From assembly GCA_036172245.1 (NCBI GenBank), contig JAYWIR010000125.1, positions 62,001 to 92,644 of the forward strand: 30,644 bases of DNA, written 5' to 3'. Source of the DNA: Raillietiella orientalis. Lineage: Eukaryota. Both the position numbers and the translations under genes were made by a program. Below are positions 12,401-24,700 of this stretch, one piece after another. Positions within the stretch are counted from its first letter, which is position 1, and each line of letters opens with the position of its first letter. The notes below the pieces were generated by a model that did not search any database, was not told the DNA's origin, and saw only the letters and a program-made list of their open reading frames with translations.

Positions 12401-15400
12401 CTCGTAACTGAATTCTGGTAGCAAGAATGGAATTCTGAGGAAGGATCTCTTCTGTCTAATCACGTTGGCATCAAAACTGTCCACAATGGATTCAGTTGAA
12501 GATGATCAAAGAAGAGAGCTATGCTGCAAGTTGTCGAAAACCTTTCCTCTTCCTTCATATTGTTGGTGACTTCTGCACAGAATTTGATTGGTCGTGAAAA
12601 CTGATATCTTTACATGGCTTGGTTTGTTGTTGCAGAGTCAGCAAAATACGCGTTGCACAAAAGAGTATCCATCTGCATACTGCATACATTTTCTGCGTAA
12701 AACTGTAAAATGAAAACAATAGCGTTGATACATGTGGTCTCTTCATACCTTGTGAAAAAATCAATAGTTTGAAATTTTACTCATTGTCAAGGGAACCAAT
12801 GTTGCAATCCAAGGAGCCATCATTGAGATTAATTCTATATCAGAAAATAAGATATTTTCGCATGTGTTCAAAATTATGTTTACCATTGCAAAAAGCCTTG
12901 GTGTCTTACTTACATACAAGAAAATCGACGTTGCCCACAATGGAAAAGACGAAAAAGTGGAAATCAGAGGTTTCGAAACACACTGGAATATGGTGTGAAA
13001 AGTTAAAGACGGAGCGTCTCACGATGAAAGAAGAGGATATAGAAGCATCGTTTGGGTTGCTGTTCTCATGCGAAGCAGCTGTACATACAACAGATTATAC
13101 TATAAATTCAATCGGCATTAACAAACCGCGAATACGTTCTGTTGTGCAGCAAGCACTTGCAAGCAAATCAGCATTTCAACATCTGCAAACGCATGACAAC
13201 CGCGTTCTACGGAGTTCGTTGAGATTAGCAGTGTTTAAGGAAGGATAAAACAACAGGTATGGATATGCATAGATGATCCTAATCCTAGGTGTGCGCATAG
13301 TGGTGTGCAAACAAAAGACATTTCTGTTATGGATAAAAGGCATGAAGCGGACCATTACAAAGGAAATCAAGACATCATTTATGAAAAGAATTATAGATAG
13401 CACCAAAATTGGCGAAGCAGTGGTTGCCGAATTGTAGTCGATACGAAACATGCAACTGGTATATTAATCTGGAAGAGACGCTTCTTACAGTTTCATAGTT
13501 TTGAAATCTCGTAACTGAATTCTGGTAGCAAGAATGGAATTCTGAGGAAGGATCTCTTTTGTCTAATCACGTTGGCATCATAACTGTACACAAAGTATTC
13601 AGTTGAAGATGATCAAAGAGGAGAACTATGCTGCAATTTGTCGGAAACCTTTCCTCTTCCTCCATATTGTTAGTGACTGCTGCAGGGAATTTGACCTGCC
13701 GTGAAAATTGATATCTTTAGATAACTTCGTTTGTTGTTGCAGGGTCAGCAAAATACGCGTTGCACAAAAGAGTATCGATCTTCATACTGCATACATTTTC
13801 TCCGTTAACATGTGAATTGGAAAAAATAGGGTTGCAACATGTGGTCTCATGATAGCTTGCGAAAAAGTCACTAGTGTGAAATTTCATTCATTGTCAAGGA
13901 AACCAATGTTGCAAACCAAAGACCCATCATTGAGGTTAACCGTATATCAGAAACGAAAGATATTTTCGCATGTGTTCCGAATTATGTTGACCACTGCAAA
14001 AAGCCTCGTGTGTCTTCCCTACATACAAGAAAATCGACGTTGCCCACAATGGATAAGACGAAAAAGTGGAAATCAGAAGTTTCGAAACACACTGGAATAT
14101 GGTGTGAAAAGTTAAAGTCGGAGCGTCTAAAGATGCCAGAAGAGGATATATTAGCTTCGTTTGGTTTGCTGTTCTAATGCGAAGCAGCTGTACATACAAC
14201 AGATTATACTATAAATTCAATCGGCATTAAGAAACCGAGAATACGTACAGTTGTGTAGCAAGCACTTTCAAGCAAATCAACATTTCAACTTCTGCAAACG
14301 CATGACAACCGCGTTCTACGAAGTTCGTTGAGATTAGCAGTGCTCAAGAAAGGATAAAACAACAGGTATAGATATGCAAAGATGATCCTAATCCTAGGTG
14401 TGCTCATAGTGGTGTGCAAACAAAAGGAATTTCGGTTATGGATAAAAGGCATGAAGCGCACCATTACAAAAGAAATCAAGACATCATTTAGGAAAAGCAT
14501 TATAGATAGCACCAAAATTGGCGAAGCAGTGGTTGCCGAATGGTCGTCGATACGAAATATACAACTGGTACATTGACTGAAAGAGACGCTTCTTACAGTT
14601 TCATAGTTTTGAACTTTCGTAACTGAATTCTATTAGCAAGAATGGAATTCTGAGGACAGATCTCTTATGTCCAATCACGTTGGCATCTAAGGTGCACACA
14701 ATGGATTCAGTTGAAGATTATCAAAGAAGAGAGCAATGCTTCAATTTGTCGGAAACCTTTCCTCTTCCTGCATATTGTTAGCGACTTCTGCTCGGAATTT
14801 GATCTGCCGTGAAAATTGATACCTTTAGACGGCTTGGTTTGTTGTTGCACTGTTAGCAATATACGCGTTGCACAAAAGAGTATCCATCTGCATACTGCAT
14901 AGAATTTCTCCGTAAGAATGTGAACTCAAAAAAAAGCGTTGAAAAAGTTGGTCTTCAAATTACTTGCGAAAAAATGAATAGTTTCAAATTTTATTCATTG
15001 TCAAGGAAACCAATGTTGCAATCCAAAGAGCCTTCATTGAGATTCATTGTATTTCAGAAACGAACGATATCTTCGCATGTGTTCCAAATTATGTTCACCA
15101 CTGCAAAAAGCCTTGTGTGTCTTACTTACATACAAGTAAAGCGACGTTGCCGACAATGGAAAAGACGAAAAAGTGCAAATCAGAGGTTTCGAAACACACT
15201 GGAATATGGTGTTAAAAGATAAAGACGGAGCGTCTGAAGATGCCAGAAGAGGATATAAAAGCTTCATTTGGTTTGCTGTTCTCATGCGAAGCAGCTGTAC
15301 ATACAACAGATTATAATATAAATTCAATCGGCATTAACAAACCGAGAATACGTTCTGTTGTGTAGCAAGCACTTGCAAGCAAATCAACACTTCAACTTCT

Positions 15401-15467
15401 GCAAACGCATGACAAACGCGTTCTACGAAGATCGTTGAGATAAGCAGAGCTTAAGGAAGGATAATAC
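1..15467. repeat. Tandem satellite array, ~1108-bp monomer (~14 copies, open at left window edge)
   Basis: The anchor GTGGTGTGC (GTGAAGTGC in copy 10) recurs at 1, 1109, 2218, 3326, 4435, 5544, 6652, 7760, 8869, 9978, 11085, 12194, 13300 and 14409 (spacing 1106-1109). The 14th copy is cut at 15467. Copies are head-to-tail and moderately diverged. Confidence 0.97.
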
Positions 15468-15490
15468 GAGTCCACATTGCCAAACACTAA
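15455..15490. other. Abrupt junction between the two satellite arrays
   Basis: The 1108-mer text GGAAGGATAATAC (consensus GGAAGGATAAAACAACAGG) is followed directly by the 278-mer text GAGTCCACATTGCC at 15468, with no intervening unique sequence. Confidence 0.9.
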
Positions 15491-16234
15491 TGAAACGTCG
15501 GACTCATCTCAATGTCCTTCTAAACCCACGAAAATGTACGTTTGTGCGTATATCCATCACGGGAATTTTCCGGTCAATGAAAAGGGATCCTCCGTGGAAA
15601 AACGCCAAAGTGCAAAGGTGAAATCTGCTGATTTCGAATCGATTCCAAACCCAGAAAAGCTGCAAATTCGGACCAGATAATGAATTAAAGAGAGGGAAAA
15701 CCTCTTCTTTCTAATTCCGACACTGGGTATCATGAAAACGACACAGAGTCCACAGTGCCCCACCCTAATGAAACGTCGGACTCATCTCAATGTCCTTCTG
15801 AACCAACCAGAATGGACGATTGTGCGTATATCCATCACTGGAATTTTGCGGTCACTGAAAACGGATCCTCCGTGGAAAAACGCAAAAGTGCAAAGGTGAA
15901 ATCTGCTGATTTCAAATCGATTCCAAACCCCCAAAAGTTTCAAATTCGGACCAGATAATGAATCAAAGAGAAGGAAAACTTTTTCTTTCTAATTCCGACA
16001 CTTGTTACTATGCACACGACACAGAGTCCACAGTGCCTCACCCTAATGAAACGTCGGACTCATCTCAATGTACTTCTCAACCCACGAAAATGTACGTTTG
16101 CGCGTATATCCATCACAGGAATTTTGCGGTCACTAAAAACGGATGCTCCGTGAAGAGGCGAAAAGAGCAGAGGTGAAATCTGCTGATTTCGAATCGATTC
16201 CAAACCCCCAAAAGTTTCAAATTCGGACCAGATA

Positions 16235-19200
16235 ATGAATCAAAGAGAAGGAAAACCTACCCTTTCTAATTCCGACACTGGCCACCATGAAAACGACAGA
16301 GAGTCCACAGTGCCTCACCCTAATGAAACGTCGGACTCATCTCAATGTACTTCTCAACTCACGAAAATGTACGTTTGTGCGTATATCCATCACGGGAATT
16401 TTCCGGTCACTGAAAGGGGATCCTCCGTGGAAAAACGCAAAAGTGCAAAGGTGAAATCTGCTGATTTCGAATCGATTCCAAACCCCCAAAAGATGCAAAT
16501 TCGGACCACATAACGAATCGAAGAGAAGGAAAACCCCTTTTTTCTAATTCTGACACTGGTTATCATGAAAACGACACAGAGTCCACAGTGCCCCACCCTA
16601 ATGAAACGTCGGTCTCATCTCAATGTGCTTCTGAACCCACGAAAATGGACGTTTGTGCTTCTATCCTTTACAGGAATTTTGCGGTCACTGAAAACGGATG
16701 CTCCGTGAAGAGGCGCAAATGTGCAAAGGTGAAATCTGCTGATTTCGAATCGATTTCAAACCCACAAAAGTTGCAAATTCGGACCACATAATGAATCAAA
16801 GAGAAGGAAAACCCCTTCTTTCTAATTCCGACACTGGTTACCATCAAAACGACACAGAGTCCACAGTGGCTCACCCTAATGAAACGTCGGACTCATCTCA
16901 ATGTCCTTCTGAACCCACGAAAATGGACGTTTGCGCGTATATCCATCACGGGAATTTTCCCGACACTGGAAACGGATCCTCCGTGGAAAACCGAAAAGCA
17001 AAAAGGTGAAATCTACTGACTTCGAATTGATTCCAAACCCAGAAAAGCTGCAAATTCGTACCAGATAATGAATTAAAAAGAGGGAAAACCTCTTCTTTCT
17101 AATTCCGACACTGGTTACCATGAAAACGACACAGAGTCCACAGTTCCCCACCCTAATGAAACGTCGGACTCATCTCAATGTACTTCTGAACCCACGAAAA
17201 TGCACGTTTGTGCGTATATCCATCACACGAATTTTGCGGTCAGTGAAAACGGATGCTCCGTGCAAAAACGCAAAAGTGCAAAGGTGAAATCTGCTGATTT
17301 CGAATTGATTCCAAACCCCTTAAAAGTTGCAACTTCGGAACACATAACGAATCGAAGAGAAGCAAACCTTTTCTTTCTAATTCCGACACTTGTTACTATG
17401 CAAACGACACAGAGTCCACAGTGCCCCACCCTAATGAAACGTCGGACTCATCTCAATGTCCTTCTGAACCAACGAGAATGCACGATTGTGCGTATATCCA
17501 TCACAGGAATTTTGCGGTCACTGAAAACGGATCCTCCGTGGAAAAACGCAAAAGTGCAAAGGTGAAATCTGCTGATTTGGAATCGATTCCAAACCCCCAA
17601 AAGTTTCAAATTCGGACCAGATAATGAATGAAAGAGAAGGAAAACCTTTTCTTTCTAATTCCGACACTGCTTACCATGAAAACGACACAGAGTCCACAGT
17701 ACCCCACCCTAATGAAATGTCGGACTCATCTCAATGTCCTTCTGAACCCACGAAAATGGACGTTTGCGCGTATATCCATCACAGGAATTTTGCGTTCACT
17801 GAAAACGGATCCTCCGTGGAAAAACGCAAAAGTGCAAAGGTGAAATCTGCTGATTTCGAATCGATTCCAAACCCCTAAAAGTTTCAAATTCGGACCAGAT
17901 AATGAATCAAAGAGAAGGAAAACCTCCCCTTTCTAATTCCGACACTGGCCACCATGAAAACGACACAGAGTCCACAGTGCCTCACCCTAATGAAACGTCG
18001 GACTCATCTCAATGTCCTTCTGAACCCACGAACATGGACGTTTGCGCGTATATCCATCACAGGAATTTTGCGTTCACTGAAAACGGATCCTCCGTGGAAA
18101 AACGCAAAAGTGCAAAGGTGAAATCTGCTGATTTCGAATCGATTCCAAACCCCCAAAAGTTTCAAATTCGGACCAGATAATGAATCAAAGAGAAGGAAAA
18201 CCTACCCTTTCTAATTCCGACACTGGCCACCATGAAAACGACACAGAGTCCACAGTGCCTCACCCTAATGAAACGTCGGACTCATCTCAATGTACTTCTC
18301 AACCCACGAAAATGTACGTTTGTGCGTATATCCATCACGGGAATTTTCCGGTCACTGAAAAGGGATCCTCCGTGGAAAAACGCAAAAGTGCAAAGGTGAA
18401 ATCTGCTGATTTCGAATCGATTCCAAACCCCTAAAAGATGCAAATTCGGACCACATAACGAATCGAAGAGAAGGAAAACCCCTTCTTTCTAATTCCGACA
18501 CTGGTTATCATGAAAACGACACGGAGTCCACAGTGCCCCACCCTAATGAAACGTCGGTCTCATCTCAATGTGCTTCTGAACCCACGAAAATGGACGTTTG
18601 TGCTTCTATCCATCACAGGAATTTTGCGGTCACTGAAAACGGATGCTCCGTGAAGAGGCGCAAATGTGCAAAGGTGAAATCTGCTGATTTCGAATCGATT
18701 TCAAACCCACAAAAGTTGCAAATTCCGACCACATAATGAATCAAAGAGAAGGAAAACCCCTTCATTCTAATTCCGACACTGGTTACCATCAAAACGACAC
18801 AGAGTCCACAGTGCCCCACCCTAATGAAACGTCGGACTCATCTCAATGTCCTTCTGAACCAACCAGAATGGACGATTGTGCGTATATCCATCACTGGAAT
18901 TTTGCGGTCACTGAAAACGGATCCTCCGTGGAAAAACGCAAAAGTGCAAAGGTGAAATCTGCTGATTTCGAATCGATTCCAAACCCCCAAAAGTTTCAAA
19001 TTCGGACCAGATAATGAATCAAAGAGAAGGAAAACCCCTTCATTCTAATTCCGACACTGGTTACCATCAAAACGACACAGAGTCCACAGTGGCTCACCCT
19101 AATGAAACGTCGGACTCATCTCAATGTCCTTCTGAACCCACGAAAATAAACGTTTGCGCGTATATCCATCACGGGAATTTTCCCGACACTGGAAATGGAT

Positions 19201-21795
19201 CCTCCGTGGAGAAACGCAAAAGCAAAAAGGTGAAATCTACTGACTTCGAATTGATTCCAAACCCAGAAAAGCTGCAAATTCGGACCAGATAATGAATTAA
19301 AAAGAGGGAAAACCTCTTCTTTCTAATTCCGACACTGGTTACCATGAAAACGACACAGAGTCCACAGTTCCCCACCTTAATGAAACGTCGGACTCATCTC
19401 AATGTACTTCTGAACCCACGAAAATGCACGTTTGTGCGTATATCCATCACACGAATTTTGCGGTCAGTGAAAACGGATGCTCCGTGCAAAAACGCAAAAG
19501 TGCAAAGGTGAAATCTGCTGATTTCGAATTGATTCCAAACCCCTTAAAAGTTGCAACTTCGGAACACATAACGAATCGAAGAGAAGGAAAACCTTTTCTT
19601 TCTAATTCCGACACTTGTTACTATGCAAACGACACAGAGTCCACAGTGCCCCACCCTAATGAAACGTCGGACTCATCTCAATGTCCTTCTGAACCAACGA
19701 GAATGGACGATTGTGCGTATATCCATCACAGGAATTTTGCGGTCACTGAAAACGGATCCTCCGTGGAAAAACGCAAAAGTGCAAAGGTGAAATCTGCTGA
19801 ATTCGAATCGATTCCAAACCCCCAAAAGTTTCAAATTCGGACCAGATAATGAATGAAAGAGAAGGAAAACCTTTTCTTTCTAATTCCGACACTGCTTACC
19901 ATGAAAACGACACAGAGTCCACAGTACCCCACCCTAATGAAACGTCGGACTCATCTCAATGTCCTTCTGAACCCACGAAAATGGGCGTTTGCGCGTATAT
20001 CCATCACAGGAATTTTGCGGTCACTGAAAACGGATCCTCCGTGGAAAAACGCAAAAGTGCAAAGGTGAAATCTGCTGATTTCGAATCGATTCCAAACCCC
20101 CAAAAGTTTCAAATTCGGACCAGATAATGAATCAAAGAGAAGGAAAACCTCCCCTTTCTAATTCCGACACTGGCCACCATGAAAACGACACAGAGTCCAC
20201 AGTGCCTCACCCTAATGAAACGTCGGACTCATCTCAATGTCCTTCTGAACCCACGAAAATGGACGTTTGCGCGTATATCCATCACAGGAATTTCGCGTTC
20301 ACTGAAAACGGATCCTCGGTGGAAAAACGCAAAAGTGCAAAGGTGAAATCTGCTGATTTCGAATCGATTCCAAACCCCCAAAAGTTTCAAATTCGGACCA
20401 GATAATGAATCAAAGAGAAGGAAAACCTACCCTTTCTAATTCCGACACTGGCCACCATGAAAACGACACAGAGTCCACAGTGCCTCACCCTAATGAAACG
20501 TCGGACTCATCTCAATGTACTTCTCAACCCACGAAAATGTACGTTTGTGCGTATATCCATCACGGGAATTTTCCGGTCACTGAAAAGGGATCCTCCGTGG
20601 AAAAACGCAAAAGTGCAAAGGTGAAATCTGCTGATTTCGAATGGATTCCAAACCCCCAAAAGATGCAAATTCGGACCACATAACGAATCGAAGAGAAGGA
20701 AAGCCCCTTCTTTCTAATTCCGACACTGGTTATCATGAAAACGACACAGAGTCCACAGTGCCCCACCCTAATGAAACGTCGGTCTCATCTCAATGTGCTT
20801 CTGAACCCACGAAAATGGACGTTTGTGCTTCTATCCATCACAGGAATTTTGCGGTCACTGAAAACGGATCCTCCGTGGAAAAACGCAAAAGTGCAAAGGT
20901 GAAATCTACTGACTTCGAATTGATTCCAAACCCAGAAAAGCTGCAAATTCGGACCAGATAATGAATTAAAAAGAGGGAAAACCTCTTCTTTCTAATTCCG
21001 ACACTGGTTACCATGAAAACGACACAGAGTCCACAGTTCCCCACCTTGATGAAACGTCGGACTCATCTCAATGTACTTCTGAACCCACGAAAATGCACGT
21101 TTGTGCGTATATCCATCACACGAATTTTGCGGTCAGTGAAAACGGATGCTCCGTGCAAAAACGCAAAAGTGCAAAGGTGAAATCTGCTGATTTCGAATTG
21201 ATTCCAAACCCCTTGAAAGTTGCAACTTCGGAACACATAACGAATCGAAGAGAAGGAAAACCTTTTCTTTCTAATTCCGACACTTGTTACTATGCAAACG
21301 ACACAGAGTCCACAGTGCCCCACCCTAATGAAACGTCGGACTCATCTCAATGTCCTTCTGAACCAACGAGAATGGACGATTGTGCGTATATCCATCACAG
21401 GAATTTTGCGGTCACTGAAAACGGATCCTCCGTGGAAAAACGCAAAAGTGCAAAGGTGAAATCTGCTGATTTCGAATCGATTCCAAACCCCCAAAAGTTT
21501 CAAATTCGGACCAGATAATGAATGAAAGAGAAGGAAAACCTTTTCTTTCTAATTCCGACACTGCTTACCATGAAAACGACACAGAGTCCACAGTACCCCA
21601 CCCTAATGAAACGTCGGACTCATCTCAATGTCCTTCTGAACCAACCAGAATGGACGATTGTGCGTATATCCCTCACAGGAATTTTGCGGTCACTGAAAAC
21701 GGATTCTCCGTGGAAAAACGCAAAAGTGCAAAGGTGAATGCTGCTGATTTCGAATCGATTCCAAACCCCCAAAAGTTTCAAATTCGGACCAGATA
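16235..21795. repeat. HOR domain 1 of the 278-bp satellite (7-mer, 8-mer, then 6-mer cycle)
   Basis: Ordered monomer variants recur: the cycle start at 16235/18180/20405 (1945, 2225), the CACACGAATTTTGCGGTCAGT variant at ORFs 17200/19424/21093 (2224, 1669), and the GCTTACCAT variant at 17624/19849/21518. Confidence 0.8.
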
Positions 21796-24700
21796 ATGAA
21801 TGAAAGAGAAGAAAAACCTTTTCTTTCTAATTCCGACACTGCTTACCATGAAAACGACACAGAGTCCACAGTTCCCCACCCTAATGAAACGTCGGACTCA
21901 TCTCAATGTCCTTCTGAACCAACGAGAATGGACGATTGTGCGTATATCCATCACAGGAATTTTGCGGTCACTGAAAACGGATCCTCCGTGGAAAAACGCA
22001 AAAGTGCAAAGGTGAAATCTGCTGATTTCGAATTGATTCCAAACCCCTTAAAAGTTGCAAATTCGGAACACATAACGAATCGAAGAGAAGGAAAACCTTT
22101 TCTTTCTAATTCCGACACTTGTTACTATGCAAACGACACAGAGTCCACAGTGCCCCACCCTAATGAAACGTCGGACTCATCTCAATGTCCTTCTGAACCC
22201 ACGAAAATGGACGTTTGCGCGTATATCCATCACGGGAATTTTCCCGACACTGGAAACGGATCCTCCGTGGAAAAACGCAAAAGCAAAAAGGTGAAATCTA
22301 CTGACTTCGAATTGATTCCAAACCCAGAAAAGCTGCAAATTCGGACCAGATAATGAATTAAAGAGAGGGAAAACCTCTTCTTTCTAATTCCGACACTGGT
22401 TACCATGAAAACGACACAGAGTCCACAGTTCCCCACCCTAATGAAACGTCGGACTCATCTCAATGTACTTCTGAACCCACGAAAATGCACGTTTGCGCGT
22501 ATATCCATCACAGGAATTTTCCGGTCACTGAAAAGGGATCCTCCGTGGAAAAACGCTAAAGTGCAAAGGTGAAATCTGCTGATTTCGAATCGATTCCAAA
22601 CCCCCAAAAGTTTCAAATTCGGACCAGATAATGAATCAAAGAGAAGGAAAACCTACCCTTTCTAATTGCGACACTGGCCACCATGAAAACGACACAGAGT
22701 CCACAGTGCCTCACCCTAATGAAACGTCGGACTCATCTCAATGTACTTCTCAACCCACGAAAATGTACGTTTGTGCGTATATCCATCACGGGAATTTTCC
22801 GGTCACTGAAAAGGGATCCTCCGTGGAAAAACGCAAAAGTGCAAAGGTGAAATCTGCTGATTTCGAATCGATTCCAAACCCCCAAAAGTTTCAAATTCGG
22901 ACCAGATAATGAATGAAAGAGAAGGAAAACCTACCCTTTCTAATTGCGACACTGGCCACCATGAAAACGACACAGAGTCCACAGTGCCTCACCCTAATGA
23001 AACGTCGGACTCATCTCAATGTACTTCTCAACCCACGAAAATGTACGTTTGTGCGTATATCCATCACGGGAATTTTCCGGTCACTGAAAAGGGATCCTCC
23101 GTGGAAAAACGCAAAAGTGCAAAGGTGAAATCTGCTGATTTCGAATCGATTCCAAACCCCCAAAAGTTTCAAATTCGGACCAGATAATGAATGAAAGAGA
23201 AGGAAAACCTTTTCTTTCTAATTCCGACACTGCTTACCATGAAAACGACACAGAGTCCACAGTACCCCACCCTAATGAAACGTCGGACTCATCTCAATGT
23301 CCTTCTGAACCCACGAAAATGGACGTTTGCGCGTATATCCATCACAGGAATTTTGCGTTCACTGAAAACGGATCCTCCGTGGAAAATCGCAAAAGTGCAA
23401 AGGTGAAATCTGCTGATTTCGAATCGATTCCAAACCCCCAAAAGTTTCAAATTCGGACCAGATAATGAATCGAAGAGAAGGAAAACCTCCCCTTTCTAAT
23501 TCCGACACTGGCCACCATGAAAACGACACAGAGTCCACAGTGCCTCACCCTAATGAAACGTCGGACTCATCTCAATGTACTTCTGAACCCACGAAAATGC
23601 ACGTTTGTGCGTATATCAATCATACGAATTTTGCGGTCAGTGAAAACGGATGCTCCGTGCAAAAACGCAAAAGTGCAAAGGTGAAATCTGCTGATTTCGA
23701 ATTGATTCCAAACCCCTTAAAAGTTGCAAATTCGGAACACATAACGAATCGAAGAGAAGGAAAACCTTTTCTTTCTAATTCCGACACTTGTTACTATGCA
23801 AACGACACAGAGTCCACAGTGCCCCACCCTAATGAAACGTCGGACTCATCTCAATGTCCTTCTGAACCAACGAGAATGGACGATTGTGCGTATATCCATC
23901 ACAGGAATTTTGCGGTCACTGAAAACGGATTCTCCGTGGAAAAACGCAAAAGTGCAAAGGTGAATGCTGCTGATTTCGAATCGATTCCAAACCCCCAAAA
24001 GTTTCAAATTCGGACCAGATAATGAATGAAAGAGAAGGAAAACCTTTTCTTTCTAATTCCGACACTGCTTACCATGAAAACGACACAGAGTCCACAGTAC
24101 CCTACCCTAATGAAACGTCGGACTCATCTCAAGGTCCTTCTGAACCAACGAGAATGGACGATTGTGGGTATATCGATCACACGAATTTTGCGGTCAGTGA
24201 AAACGGATGCTCCGTGCAAAAACGCAAAAGTGCAAAGGTGAAATCTGCTGATTTCGAATTGATTCCAAACCCCTTAAAAGTTGCAAATTCGGAACACATA
24301 ACGAATCGAAGAAAAGGAAAACCTTTTCTTTCTAATTCCGACACTTGTTACTATGCAAACGACACAGAGTCCACAGTGCCCCACCCTAATGAAACGTCGG
24401 ACTCATCTCAATGTCCTTCTGAACCCACGAAAATGGACGTTTGCGCGTATATCCATCACAGGAATTTTGCGTTCACTGAAAACGGATCCTCCGTGGAAAA
24501 TCGCAAAAGTGCAAAGGTGAAATCTGCTGATTTCGAATCGATTCCATACCCCCAAAAGTTTCAAATTCGGACCAGATAATGAATCAAAGAGAAGGAAAAC
24601 CTCCCCTTTCTAATTCCGACACCGGCCACCATGAAAACGACACAGATTCCACAGTGCCTCACCCTAATGAAACGTCGGACTCATCTCAATGTACTTCTGA

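Noticed and set aside
1..15327. Recurrent 60-160 aa ORFs on both strands, some hydrophobic (e.g. 13176-13451 minus)
   Set aside because: Recurrence reflects the DNA repeat. They overlap in several frames, with stops and indels varying between copies and no recognisable family.
17854..17870. CENP-B box-like TTCG motif
   Set aside because: Lacks the A and CGGG positions of NTTCGNNNNANNCGGGN.
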